A stretch of DNA of 64,000 bases from Diadema antillarum (Eukaryota). Both the position numbers and the translations under genes were made by a program. The notes beneath the pieces are model-generated. The model saw only the letters and a program-made list of their open reading frames with translations, had not been told where the DNA came from and searched no databases. Of the stretch, positions 1 to 11,879 are shown one piece after another. Location of the stretch: NCBI RefSeq assembly GCF_040938485.1, contig NW_027271458.1, positions 186,001 to 250,000 on the forward strand, written 5' to 3'. Positions within the stretch are counted from its first letter, which is position 1. Each line of letters begins with the position of its first letter.

Positions 1-964
1 AAAATCCTGCAAGATTAAATCAAACTCCTGTTTCGGCCCCCAAAAGATAATCTTTACTAATCACACCAAGATAAATTCATACCATTAGGTCGATGTAAGG
101 TAGTTTATCCTGTATCACTCAACTCCTTCTAAAGTGGACATTGCGAACGTCAAACTTAACGTAACCAGAATACCGATATACCGATAAGTTACAAAGCAAC
201 AGTTGATGTAAGTTTCTGATTCATCCAGGTAACTTTCACTTGAAGCGCAAAATCAAATTTTTGCCTCTTGACTCACTGTTTAAATTCAGGTTAAGCTTTC
301 AAGTCCGACCCTGGACCTTTCATCAGCTCGTCTGATTTGGTGGCGGGAAACGCTCTGTCGAAGTTATTGCCTGGAGTCAGTCGTCGAGCAATGTGCTATG
401 GGCAGTGGCGTATCTAGGGGGGGGGGGGGGGGGCAAGGGGGGCACGTGCCCCGGGCGCCACTCCTTGGGGGCGCAAAAAAAACGAAGAAGAAGAAAAAAA
501 AGAAAAAACGAAGAAAAAAAAAAGAAAAAAAAAAGAAAAAAGAAAAGAAGAAGAAGAAGAAGAAGAAACTCACCGGAAGGGGGGGGGGCAGAAAACCAAA
601 TCAACAAAAGATAAAAACAAAACATAACGATGACTCGGACAAAATGACAATGTTTATTGTGTTCACACAAGAATTCTATGTAAGCTGAAATACAATTTTC
701 GGCTCGCTCGCTGCGCTCGCTCTCTAAATTTTATATAGAAGAAGAAGGTAAGAACAAAATTTGATGATGAAGCCAACAAAATGACAATGTCTATTGTGTT
801 CACACATGTCATTTTATATTTAGCAGACAAAATGTTTCACTGAGCAGCGGCTGCAATTTCTTTCGTTCTGAAGCGATCGCCAATTGGATCAAAAGAAGGC
901 GCCAACGGTTCCGAACATACGGGGAGGGGGGGGGGGGGGGGGCGCCAAAAAAAAATCAAACAAG

Positions 965-2150
965 ATAAGAACAAAACGTAATGATGACGTGGAAATATAC
1001 AAATTTCGGCTCACTCGCTCGTACTAATTTAGAGTATTTCTTCAAGCCCTCAGTTTGTTGGTAAAAATCGTTATCTATAAGGCCGTCACTATACATTGTG
1101 TCTTGATTAGAATTGTAAGATTTGATAAGCAAAAAATGACAAGAGTTCCATGTTTTGTAAGCTGAAATACAAAAATTTTCGGCTCGCTCGCTGCGCTCGC
1201 TCGCCAAAATTTATCAAAATAAAAAGGAGATAAGAACAAAACGTGATGATGATGCGGAAATATACAAATTTCTGCTCACTCGCTCGTACTAATTCAGAGT
1301 ATTTTTTCAAGTCTTCAGTTTGTTGGTAAAAATAGTTATCTATAAGGCCGTCACTATACATTGTATCTTGATTAGAATTGTAAGATTTGATAAGCAAAAA
1401 ATGACAAGAGTTCCATGTTTTGTAAGCTGAAATACAAAAATTTTCGGCTCGCTCGCTGCGCTCGCTCGCCAAAATTTATCAAAATAAAAAGGAGATAAGA
1501 ACAAAACGTGATGATGATGCGGAAATATACAAATTTCTGCTCACTCGCTCGTACTAATTCAGAGTATTTTTTCAAGTCTTCAGTTTGTTGGTAAAAATAG
1601 TTATCTATAAGGCCGTCACTATACATTGTATCTTGATTAGAATTGTAAGATTTGATAAGCAAAAAATGACAAGAGTTCCATGGTTTGTAAGCTGAAATAC
1701 AAAAATTTTCGGCTCGCTCGCTGCTCTCACTCGCCAAAATTTATCAAAATTAAAAAGGAGATAAGTACAAAACGTGATGATGACGCGGAAATATACAAAT
1801 TTCGGCTCACTCGCGCGTACATGGGGGGGGGGGGGGCATTTCATGAAGCAATTTGTCAGATATTTCGTCTGACAAACTGTTAAAAGCTACTGAAATCCTT
1901 GCTTCTGATTGGCTGAAAGTACTAATTTTGTGCGACAAGTTGTCGGACAAAATGCTTCATGAAATGCCCCTCTGGTTTAGAATATTTTTTAAAGTACTCA
2001 GTTTGTTGGTATAGATAAATCGTTATCTATAAGGCCGTCACTATCTTGATTAGAATTGTACGATTTGATAAGTAAAAAATGACAAGAATTCCATGTTTTG
2101 TCAGCTGAAATACAAAAATTTTCGGCTCGCTCGCTGCGCTCGCTCGCCGA
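965..2150 (+). repeat. ~265-bp tandem array (about 4.5 units) inside the hAT-type element
   Basis: Unit start ATAAG(A/T)ACAAAACG recurs at 965, 1230, 1495 and 1761. Each unit carries TTTTCGGCTCGCTCGCTGC(G)CTC. The fourth unit is interrupted by a MITE. Confidence 0.92.
1833..1970. mobile_element. MITE nested in the fourth tandem unit
   Basis: Perfect 18-bp TIRs GGGGCATTTCATGAAGCA / TGCTTCATGAAATGCCCC; absent from units 1-3. Confidence 0.8.
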
Positions 2151-2344
2151 AATTTATAAAAAAATTCATTACATTTAAATCACCCTCAAAAGACCCCTTT
2201 TAAGGGCTTGAAAAGCATATCATGTGAACTTTGCTTAAAGTCTCTACCGGGATGGGGTTGGGGTTGAACACTAGTCTTTTTCAGAAATTAGGGGCGCAAT
2301 TTTCGCGCTTGCCCCGGGCGCCGTTTTCCCTAGATACGCCACTG

Positions 2345-2600
2345 GCTATGGGCTCTCCCATCTCGCCGGATCTTGACTATTCATACATGGAAGACTTATG
2401 AAGATGTAGCTTTGAGTTTAGTCTCCGGCAATTTATATGGATGACACCTGGATCAAGACTAAGAATGTGGAACTAGACGCTTTCTGTGCACAGATCAAGA
2501 ATGGTGTGACTCCTGTATTAAGTTCACTGACGATAAGTTTAGGACAATAAAGTAGCGTTCCTAGATTGTGAATAGACAGTGTAAGTTGGCACAAAAATAA
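2345..2600 (+). mobile_element. Degenerate Penelope-like reverse transcriptase remnant, split by the hAT insertion
   Basis: Removing 403-2344 and one TSD restores C-A-M-G-S-P-I-S-P...Y-M-E-D. It is followed by YMDDTWIK (2434), IKFT and AFLD (2555), matching Penelope RT motifs G.AMGSP.SP, YVDD, IKFT and FLD. Stops and frameshifts are present. Confidence 0.6.
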
Positions 2601-2684
2601 ACAATAACCCATATATCCGGCCAACGTTATCTATATCAACATACAAGTCTTGTAAGAGTACATATGGCTACCGTTACAATGGTT

Positions 2685-3772
2685 ACTAGAAATGTCGCTA
2701 TGGAGACTGGTATGCCTCGGCCATATTGTATGGTTCTCCGATAGGTCTATGGTACGTCTTGACAATGTGTGATGATAGTTTCATATAATTGTCAAAATAT
2801 TAAAATGACAGGTTTGTCACAACTGTGTTGAATGTTCACTTTCTTGAACTAGGTTTAATTGGATGAATGGCCATGTCGTCTAAGAGTGCAGGTATATGGG
2901 GATCTGAAAAATTATGCATTGAACAATTTTCAGGGTACGGAGAAAAAGTGTAATTTCAGCATTTTCGCCTGGCCTTTGACCCTATGACCCTCCCAAGAGA
3001 ATCATTGTCAGGCAGAACATGCATACATACGTACTAAATTTCATGATGATACCTTAAGCCACTTCCGAGATACGGAGGAAAAAGTGAAACTCAGCACTTT
3101 CACTTGATCTTTGACCTTTCGACATTTTGACCTTTTTGGCAAAAAACTTCTCAAAGTATCTCTATTGGGTGATGCATGTATACACCAAGTAAAAAAAAAA
3201 AAAGAAATCCTAAAGGCATTGCATAACAATGAGGGAAAAGGTAAAATTTTGAAGAGTGTCTTTGACCTCATGATCCCAATGATTATTCCCTAGATAATTA
3301 CTGCCATTTATTACATGCATATGTGCATGCATATGTAATAATGTTCCACGAAGATACCTTGAACGATTTCTGAGATATGGAGATAAAAATGAAATCTAAC
3401 ATTTTCACTTGACCTTTGACCTCATGACCCAAAACTGTAACCAGAGATTTTTTATTGGGTAGTACATGTATACACTAAGTTTCAAGAAAATACCATCAGT
3501 CATTGCATAGATATGGGGGAAATAGTGAAATTTTGAGCATTTGACTTTGACCTTTGATCTTGAGCATCTGCACCCAAAAGTTGATAGGCACAACTTCAAC
3601 CCCTCATTATACATGCCAAGTTCTATTAGGATACCCCAAACGCTTTTTTAGTTTACGCTGTCCACAAAATTTATTACGGACGGACGGACGGACGGATGGA
3701 CGGATGGAGGGAACGACGGACAACCCGAGAACATAATGCCTCCGGCACCACTTCGTGGCGGAGGCATAAAAA
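2685..3772 (+). mobile_element. HINE/DINE-1-like (Helentron-associated) non-autonomous element
   Basis: Starts ACTAGAAATGTCGC with a sub-terminal TATGCCTC. It has internal TGACCTTTGACC-type repeats, a (CGGA)n microsatellite at ~3677-3710, and a 3' hairpin ATGCCTCCG(3736)...CGGAGGCAT(3767) followed by an A-run. This is the HINE architecture; family assigned from structure only. Confidence 0.55.
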
Positions 3773-3818
3773 TGGCAAAGGAAATTGAGTCGCCCACAGA
3801 AAATTACCCTCACAAGTA

Positions 3819-3857
<39 letters not shown>

Positions 3858-3872
3858 TATATATATATACAT

Positions 3873-4060
3873 TGTCACGACTCAACCCAATCACCACATC
3901 ATGACAATCAAAATGTTCCGCTCCATTCCTGGCAGATCGCACCCAAACCATCACAACAATGTTGCAAAAGACCACGATTGGGAAGCCATGTCTTGATCTG
4001 AGAGCGATAACTTGCTGCGGACCTCTTTATTGGTATTAGCCTTGTTCAAGGCGCATCACA
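3873..4060 (-). repeat. 3' LTR
   Basis: 188-bp direct repeat of 10185-10372; contains AATAAA on the minus strand. Confidence 0.95.
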
Positions 4061-4071
4061 TCTCCCCCCTT
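4061..4071 (-). other. Polypurine tract
   Basis: AAGGGGGGAGA on the minus strand, immediately before the 3' LTR. Confidence 0.85.
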
Positions 4072-5630
4072 AAGACGGGAAGTTATGGAAGAACTTTCCA
4101 GTCAAACTGCAAACAGTCGTTACAAACATGTTCCGAAACACAATACATAAAAATGCACAATTGTGTGTTCATACACTAAAGTGGATTCTTCACATAAACA
4201 AGCTCAGACTTATGAGCCTTATCAAAACCCGTCTTGAGCGTAGGCTAACTGTCTAAATATAGACCCACTACCTGCTCGGAACAAGCATGTGCGTATACGC
4301 GCAAAACTTTACAACCACAACATTCCTTGTTTTCTTTTCTTCTTTTTTTTTTCTGCTTGGTCATAAATCATGAAGCATGTATTCTCTTTAGCTTTCCTGA
4401 AATGCTTATGAGTATCAAATGGCCAAACATTTCAACACCTAGTCGAAGTCTAAGAAATGCTGCTGGTTCAGAACAAAATACACTGTAATTGTATCATGAA
4501 ATAATATACCATAAGTATGGACATATCAAACTTCTCTCTTAGCTTGATGTGCATATGCTTCAGAAAAACCGCTACACATATCACTGAATAACCTACATAC
4601 ACTGATAATCATGCAGTTTGCATAATGAACTTCACACATTTTTGTTGTGATTATTGTGTATGTCACCAATAATAGAAGCAATCTTCCATTCACTATACTT
4701 ATTAACCATTTTTACATGGTGAGCTTGTAGCAATCTGACCTTTGATGAAAACTGACATAACAACGCGTTCAGCTCAACTGTTTGGTCTGACAAACATCTC
4801 TACATTTCTTATTTCTTGACACTTCTGTTCAAGTACTGTAAAGCCTTGTTCGTCAAGACAATAAATGCATGTACAGTAAGTACACTAGAGTACAGCAAAA
4901 CAATGCAATTATGAACACCTGCTATACTCTCTGTTTCTGAAACAAGATATCACATGAATATAACCTGGTTATGACTGTATACCAGTATGGTCTCATGAAC
5001 CTTACACATTCACACTATTATGAATATCATAATGTCATAATTTCACTCAATCGATATCTATGCTATGGAAAATGTGTATAGTTGGTAAATTCTGTGATGC
5101 CACAAATATTTCAACTCTTACAAATTAAGCATTTAAAAAAGAAGCAACAACAGCTTTTGTGTGTTTGTGTGTGCTTTCTACAAACAGCAATGCAACTTAA
5201 TTTGCAATTCCATTTAATACAATGTCTACATTATACACTGTATCAAAATATGCTATATAACTGAAAACCCCTTTCTTCAGCACATAAAGCATAAAACATA
5301 ACAAAACTCATGCTATATCACTGGAAATGATTTTGCCGTTTTGGTGCAAAAATCATAACAATTTGGAAAACATGCTGCTTTTCCCATGCAGACAAGAACA
5401 AATTATGGATACAAATTAAAACAGTGTACACAATGTTTGTGTTATCATTTCAAAACAAGAACACTCTTTCTTTGACAAGAGAAATATCCTTCTCTTACAA
5501 TAACATGGAAACACATTTCTTTTGTCTGGTATTGTTCGTGCTTCCAAGTCATCACCAGTCTGTTATCTCTGGACATTAAGCACATCTGTGTCCTTTTGTC
5601 CCATCCGTGGAAAATACGTGTACTTCTATC

Positions 5631-8114
5631 TTATCCACGGGACAAAGCGTCTGCAATGACATTGTCTTTTCCGCGTACGTGCTGTATCACGAGGTTGTAC
5701 TCCTGTAGCACTAGCGCCCATCTGGTTAGGCGTCCATTTTTGTTCCTCATTCGCGACAGGAACACAAGCGGATTGTGGTCTGTGTACACCAGCACTGGAT
5801 ACTTTGTAGTGTTCAGGTACACGTCAAAATGACGAAGAGCCATGACGAGCGCTAACGTCTCCTTCTCGACAGTGGAGTACCGTCGCTGATGTTTGTTGAA
5901 TTTTCTGGACATGTACGCGACGGGATGGTCGACTCCGTTGTCGTCCTTCTGCATCAGGGCTCCTCCTCCTCCTGTGTCACTCGCGTCCACCATAAGAATG
6001 AACTGCTTGTCGAAGTTCGGCGCTGCAAGAACCGGAGAACTCGCTAGCATTGCCTTCAGCCGGTTGAAAGCAACTTGACAGTCATCTGACCAGTCGAACT
6101 GCGAGTCTTTCCGCAACATGTTGGTGAGCGGTGTTGCAGCATCAGCGAAATTATGGCAGAACTTGCGATAATAGCCAGTCATGCCCAGAAATCGTCTCAG
6201 CTCTCGCCTACTCTGTGGGCAGGGAAAGTTCAGGATCGTCTCCACCTTTGCTTCAACAGGCTTGACGGAACCATGTCCCACAATATGACCCAGGAACACG
6301 ACTTTTGCTCGGGCGAACTCACATTTCCTCAAGTTCACAGTAAGGTTGGCACTGGTCAAGCGGTCAAACAGTGCTCTGACTCTCAGAAGGTGGTCCTCCC
6401 ATGTATGGCTGTACACTATGATGTCGTCGAGATACGCCTCGCATCCCACCAAGCCAGACGTGACGGTGTTGATGAGTCTCTGGAATGTAGCGGGCGCGTT
6501 CTTCATCCCAAACGGCATCACTTTGTATTGGAAGAATCCATCAGGAGTCACGAATGCAGACAGTTCTTTCACTCTTTCACTGAGGGGAACCTGCCAGTAC
6601 CCCTTCAAAAGGTCAAACTTACTGACGTATTTGGCATTCCCTACGCGATCAATACAATCATCGATGCGGGGCAAAGGGTACGAGTCTGACTTTGTTTTCG
6701 AATTGAGCAACCTGTAATCCGTACAGAAACGCAAAGAACCATCCTGCTTTGGAACCAACACACAGGGAGAACTCCATCCACTCTTACTGGGCTCAATAAG
6801 GTCATGTTCAAGCATATATTGAACTTCCTTCCTCAGAACATCCATTTTCAATGGATTCACACGATATGGGTGTTGCTTGACAGGGGAGGAGTCCCCCACA
6901 TCAACATCATGCACCACCACACTAGTACGACCTGGTACATCACTGAAGAGGTGTTCATACTCATGGACTACATCCATCACCTGAGCTCTCTCTACTCCTG
7001 GAAGATGAGATAATGTGTCAGATAGATTTGCTAACACCTCAGAATTCTTCAACATCAACTGCGGAATTTCCACATCATCACTCTCACTGTCTTCACCATC
7101 CACTTCACAACCGATTCCAACTGTGGCAACAGGCTTTTCTTTAGCCTCTTCTACATTTTCAACATACTCCTTTAGCATGTTGACATGACAGAGTCTTCTC
7201 CTCTTCCTCCTATCAGGTACAAGTGACTGTGCAAGACGCACTATTTCAGGGTCTTTGCCCTGCAATTCAACCAGACTCTGACGAGAAATCTCTGACATTT
7301 GACCATGGTCCATATGTGCATCATCACTGCTGCTAGACTCTTCAAGTCTAGAGAAGAAAGTATCAGCCAAGATATCCTCTTGCTCCTCTTTCTTCAGTTC
7401 ACGAGCCATTGACCTGGTAACAGCACATGAGGGAAACACATCAGGCATATCCTGAACCAATTTCTCTGTGGCTTCGTCAACCACGGGTGTCTTACTTGGG
7501 AGAAAGTGAGGCAAAACCTTCTCTCCAGCGATATCATTGCCGAGCAATAAGGTGACACCTTCGACTGGCAATGTAGGCAAAATACCTACTACAACTGAGC
7601 CACTGACAAGATCGCTCTTCAATTCGATATTATGAAGAGGCACTCGGACACTCCCACCTTCAACTCCCCTCACAAACACTTCTGAATCCACAGAAGATTC
7701 AACCGAAAATGGCAATGTATTTGCACACAGGAGACTCTGTGATGCTCCTGTATCCCTCAAAATGTGAACCTGAACCTGCTCACTATCAGGCGTCAAACTA
7801 ACATACCCTGAAGATATGAAAGGTTTGTAATTCTCTGCCACCCGTTCAAACGATGGCAGATGTTCTGTGCGAGTGATAGCAAAAGCATCTGGCAATGCTT
7901 TGGGGTTGCTAATCCCCTCTTTTTCTCGCTTCTTCTTCAACTTCCAGCAAGCTGACATCACATGTCCATCCTTCTTGCAATAGAAGCAAGCCTTGTTTGG
8001 CTTTTGATCAAGATTGGGCTTGGGAATGCTTGGAGCAACAGCTCCTCTTCTTGGCACACCCTGGCCTCCTTTCTTACTTGGAGAAAGTTTGAAAGTACCC
8101 TTGTGGGTAAGCAC
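5631..8114 (-). pseudogene. pol: gag C-terminus/pol remnant: CCHC knuckle, aspartic protease, RT, RNase H; integrase missing
   Basis: CFYCKKDGHVMSAC zinc knuckle; ILRDTGA protease; DLLKGYWQ, MPFGMKNAPATFQR and YLDD RT motifs; MVDASD...DALSR RNase H, then stop. No H2C2 or DDE integrase core anywhere in the element. Confidence 0.9.
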
Positions 8115-8189
8115 ATACTCATCAAGGAGGACAGCAGCTCTCCTGGCACCATTTACTTCCCTTTCCTCCAGGTACCGCCGCTGATCTGG

Positions 8190-8996
8190 CTAAACACACC
8201 TCTTCACCTCCTCTAACAATACCAACTCTTTCAGTTTGTGGAAATCATCAACACCAGACGACCTTAACCAGTGTTCAAAATGGGTCTGCTTGTGTTGCAC
8301 AAAATCAACAAATGTCTGATCATCCCTTCTCCTATAATTCCGAAACAGTTGCCTGTGGGCTTCTGGCACCAACTCGTACGCCCTTAATACGGAACTCTTC
8401 AAATTCTCATAGTCAGAACACTCTTGGATAGTGAGAGACGCATAGACCTCTTGGGCCTTCCCTACCAGCGAGCTCTGTATCAATGTCGGCCACACTTCCT
8501 TGGGCCATTCTAAACTCACAGCCACTTTTTCAAAGTGCTGGAAAAACTCTTCTACCCGGTCTTCACAAAATTTCGGCACCAACTGAGATTGCCTTAATGC
8601 ATCAAATTTTGATGACTTAGCTGAACTGCCGGAAGAAGGTTCATTCGATTTTGCATCGATTGACTTGATTTCGAGTTCTATTTTCTTTGCCTCGACTTCC
8701 AGCTGCTTCATCCGAAGCTGGATCTCAATTTTCTTCAATTCACTTTCTGCAGGGGTTACCAAAGGTGTGATAATTTCATTATCATCTGTCCCTGCTTCAT
8801 CCTCTGACAAAGAGGCAGGCCAAATACCAGTATTGGTAAAAAACTCCGAAATTGTGTCCTTGATCTCTGCTTTTCGATCCGATGTTTTGATCGGGATTTC
8901 TAAAATTCGAGCAACTTCCACCAGTTCTGCCTTCCTCAGGTTATTAAAACCTTCCTGAGTGGGTTCATCAACAAAGCTCTGCACGACATCAGCCAT
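8190..8996 (-). pseudogene. gag: gag N-terminal ORF (SCAN-like capsid region), cut by an in-frame TAG
   Basis: VLRAYELVPEAHRQLFR capsid/SCAN-like motif. TAG at 8190-8192 is followed in frame by PDQRRYLEE...DEYA, then a frameshift at ~8110 into LTHK. Confidence 0.85.
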
Positions 8997-9511
8997 TGTG
9001 GGAATATCAAAATCAAAACTTGCAAGAAGTCACAAATCCTCACAAAACTACAAAGCCTTAACAAAAGAAATGCACTGCATATGAGTACACATGTACGCAT
9101 GAACCCAGTCACACGCGCAGAACAGGCAAAAATTTTCTACGATAAGCAGAAAACATCAAAATCCCTAAGCCTTCGAATCAGGCATACAATCAGAACACCA
9201 CGGCATCACATTAGTATGTGATCTAAGGACATAGAATGAATATACACACTCACTACAAACGACCACATAGCACGATTGTGCAAACCAAGGAAAATATATC
9301 AAAGCCTTTAACCGAGGCTAATCTTCCAGAAAATTCGGCGTGACCCGTAGCCAATGTGTACGCAAGCCCCCAAACATACACATCCAGCATACGCACACTC
9401 ACAAACTGCACTAGCCCTACACACGACGCGCTAGACCGACCGTCTGCGACTACAAAACACGTGTGAGCCCAATGCGCAATACCCACGCTATGCACTATAC
9501 GCACACAACTG

Positions 9512-10121
9512 AACGTGAGAATCCTCACCCAAATCGGTCTACACAAAACCTTCATGCAAAAACGACAAACGTTCAAAACGTGACAATCCTCACCAAAATC
9601 TGCACTAGGCCTTCACACAGAATGTAGCCTATACAACTACTAACACAGTCAATGACTGCCAAAGCCTACGCAGCATAAATGTTATACACAACGTGCACAA
9701 CCAAACGTGAGAATCCTCACCAAAATCTGCACCAGGCCTTCACACAAAATGTAGTCTAAAAACTACAAACACAGTCAATGACTGCCAAAGCCTACGCAGC
9801 ATAAATGTTATACACAATAGATGTGCACAACCAAACGTAAAAATCTTCACCAAAACGCATGTGGCCTGTCAAAACCAACATGCAAACAATGCAGGCCCAA
9901 TACATTAAAAACCTGTCATCGACGCTATACACTTGTCTACATACTAAAAACAAACGTGTACAGCCAAACGTGAGAATCCTCACCAAAACGCATGAGGCCT
10001 AACAGAACCTACATGCAAGCTGGTATAGGCCCGATACGACATGAGCCTATACACCATCGACGCTATACACTACGTACTTACAGCACACGTGTACAACCAG
10101 ACGTGAGAGTCCTCACCACAA
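9512..10121 (-). repeat. Diverged ~130-bp tandem array with a conserved 22-bp core in the retroelement 5' leader
   Basis: AACGTGAGAATCCTCACCAAAA-like core at 9512, 9577, 9704, 9834, 9967 and 10100. Confidence 0.85.
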
Positions 10122-10163
10122 TCCGCATGGAACATGCGAAAGAAAACGGCTTGTCTGTTCATT

Positions 10164-10181
10164 TTCCCGGACAAGGTCCCA
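10164..10181 (-). other. Primer-binding site, degenerate tRNA-Pro type
   Basis: TGGGACCTTGTCCGGGAA, 3 nt inside the 5' LTR boundary; 14/18 match to the canonical tRNA-Pro PBS TGGGGGCTCGTCCGGGAT. Confidence 0.65.
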
Positions 10182-10184
10182 ATT

Positions 10185-10372
10185 TGTCACGACTCAACCC
10201 AATCACCACATCATGACAATCAAAATGTTCCGCTCCATTCCTGGCAGATCGCACCCAAACCATCACAACAATGTTGCAAAAGACCACGATTGGGAAGCCA
10301 TGTCTTGATCTGAGAGCGATAACTTGCTGCGGACCTCTTTATTGGTATTAGCCTTGTTCAAGGCGCATCACA
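10185..10372 (-). repeat. 5' LTR
   Basis: 188-bp direct repeat of 3873-4060. Confidence 0.95.
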
Positions 10373-10399
10373 ACATATATATCCATATACATATGTATG

Positions 10400-10452
<53 letters not shown>
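10373..10452. repeat. (AT)n microsatellite; its other half is at 3817-3872
   Basis: Direct reading; the two tracts flank the LTR element. Confidence 0.95.
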
Positions 10453-10455
<3 letters not shown>

Positions 10456-11582
10456 CAAACTTTGCAGAAAATGGACCAAATGATTGAAGAAGGTTAAATA
10501 CTTCCTTGCTTGTTTGAGATCACGAAGGGCAGTAATGACGTTCCGCATTGTCATTCTTCCTCAGGGGGAAATGCCGCCCTGACAACAAAACTAAAAGAAT
10601 TTCCCAGTATTAAAGCCAGCCATGATTTGTCAGCGAAGACTTTGTAATGACATTAACCGCTCAAAGCAAGAATGAAAGGAAGAGAACGTCCTCGTACAGC
10701 TAATGTTCTCCTCGCTATTGAAAGAAGATGGAAAATTCCCTGATACTGTTCTCCGAAAAATGCTTGGCTATGAGTTAAAATATTTTATTGATCCTGTGAT
10801 TGTGCAGACGAACGTAAATCTTAGTGAAAAAAAAAAATCTGTTCAAAAAGACCTTACTTCATTTAAAAGATTTGACCACTCAATGCCTCTGTCTTTTTTT
10901 CCCTCCCTCTCCCTCCCATGCCTCGAAAGCTTATTTCTCAGTGTGTTCTTTCACAAATCGATTAAAGGGCCTTTTCAATCTTACATTTTTTCCTTCTTCC
11001 CCTCGGTTTAGGTTGTTTCTTGCTTCTTCGTCTCTAATCGATTTCGAATCAATTTGATCATACAAATATATATATTTTAAGACGTAATCTTTTCTCTCTT
11101 CCTTCGACAGCCATTGAATGATTTTGATATCTTCAAGCATCACAGAGGACATTTCACATATTTATATATCGCAAGTATTGATCTAAGTTTTGAGCCGATA
11201 TTAAAGACTATTTTGGTAGTATAGTTCACAAACAAGAAAAAAGAAATCTATCAGAATGTGTTATAGGCCTAGTGCAAAATTGTTACAACACACAAAGACA
11301 CACACACACACACATACACACACACGTATATATACACATAAATATACTTACACATATGTTAAATAATTCGTGTTGGTACAATAATATCAAATATCAAAAA
11401 GAGAACAGAACTCAAGAAATGCATCATGCTGTCAATACCAACAGCTTACTTGAAGAACACAGAAATGCTCGGGCTCTCTGCCTTTTGTCACCCGAGTTTT
11501 AACAAAGGGCAGGGATCACGAAAATTTGGTGTTCTTCAAATAAAGACACTTTTGTTATTGAGACTATAATACATTTCTAGAG

Positions 11583-11727
11583 NNNNNNNNNNNNNNNNNN
11601 NNNNNNNNNNNNNNNNNNNNNNNNNNNNNNNNNNNNNNNNNNNNNNNNNNNNNNNNNNNNNNNNNNNNNNNNNNNNNNNNNNNNNNNNNNNNNNNNNNNN
11701 NNNNNNNNNNNNNNNNNNNNNNNNNNN
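11583..11727. other. Assembly gap (145 N)
   Basis: Run of N. Confidence 1.
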
Positions 11728-11879
11728 TGTAGGCCTACATTCAGCCTTCAGAAAAGATGAAGAGGCTGTGAAAAGAAATTCATGAAGATATCCCGTACCA
11801 AAATTTTGAAGATGAATCAAAACAGGAAACAAAATGAAACTTTGCCGCTAAATTGTATATCAGCTTCCATCCCTAGGCC

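Larger units (their letters stand above)
403..2344. mobile_element. Non-autonomous hAT-type DNA transposon (1.94 kb, no transposase)
   Basis: Perfect 17-bp TIRs CAGTGGCGTATCTAGGG (403) / CCCTAGATACGCCACTG (ends 2344); 8-bp TSD GCTATGGG at 395-402 and 2345-2352, the length typical of hAT. Interior is tandem repeat and low-complexity sequence. Confidence 0.85.
3873..10372 (-). mobile_element. Gypsy LTR retrotransposon, Gmr1-type domain order, defective (6.5 kb)
   Basis: Two 188-bp TG...CA LTRs identical by eye; 4-bp TSD ACAT (3869-3872, 10373-10376); PBS, PPT, gag and PR/RT/RNaseH on the minus strand. Inserted in an (AT)n tract. Confidence 0.95.

Noticed and set aside
364-688. Poly-Lys/Phe ORFs
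   Set aside because: Translations of G-, A- and (AAG)-runs inside the hAT-type element.
956-1883. Repeated 80-120-aa ORFs (MASERSERAENF...)
   Set aside because: Products of the 265-bp tandem unit, with alternative starts and no domain signal.
8101-8192. Programmed read-through or frameshift between gag and pol
   Set aside because: Both lesions fall inside gag, upstream of the zinc knuckle, and no slippery heptamer is evident; simple inactivating mutations are more likely.
9512-10121. CRISPR-like repeat/spacer appearance
   Set aside because: Eukaryotic context, no cas genes, and the spacers are 45-110 bp and resemble one another; it is a diverged tandem array in an LTR-element leader.
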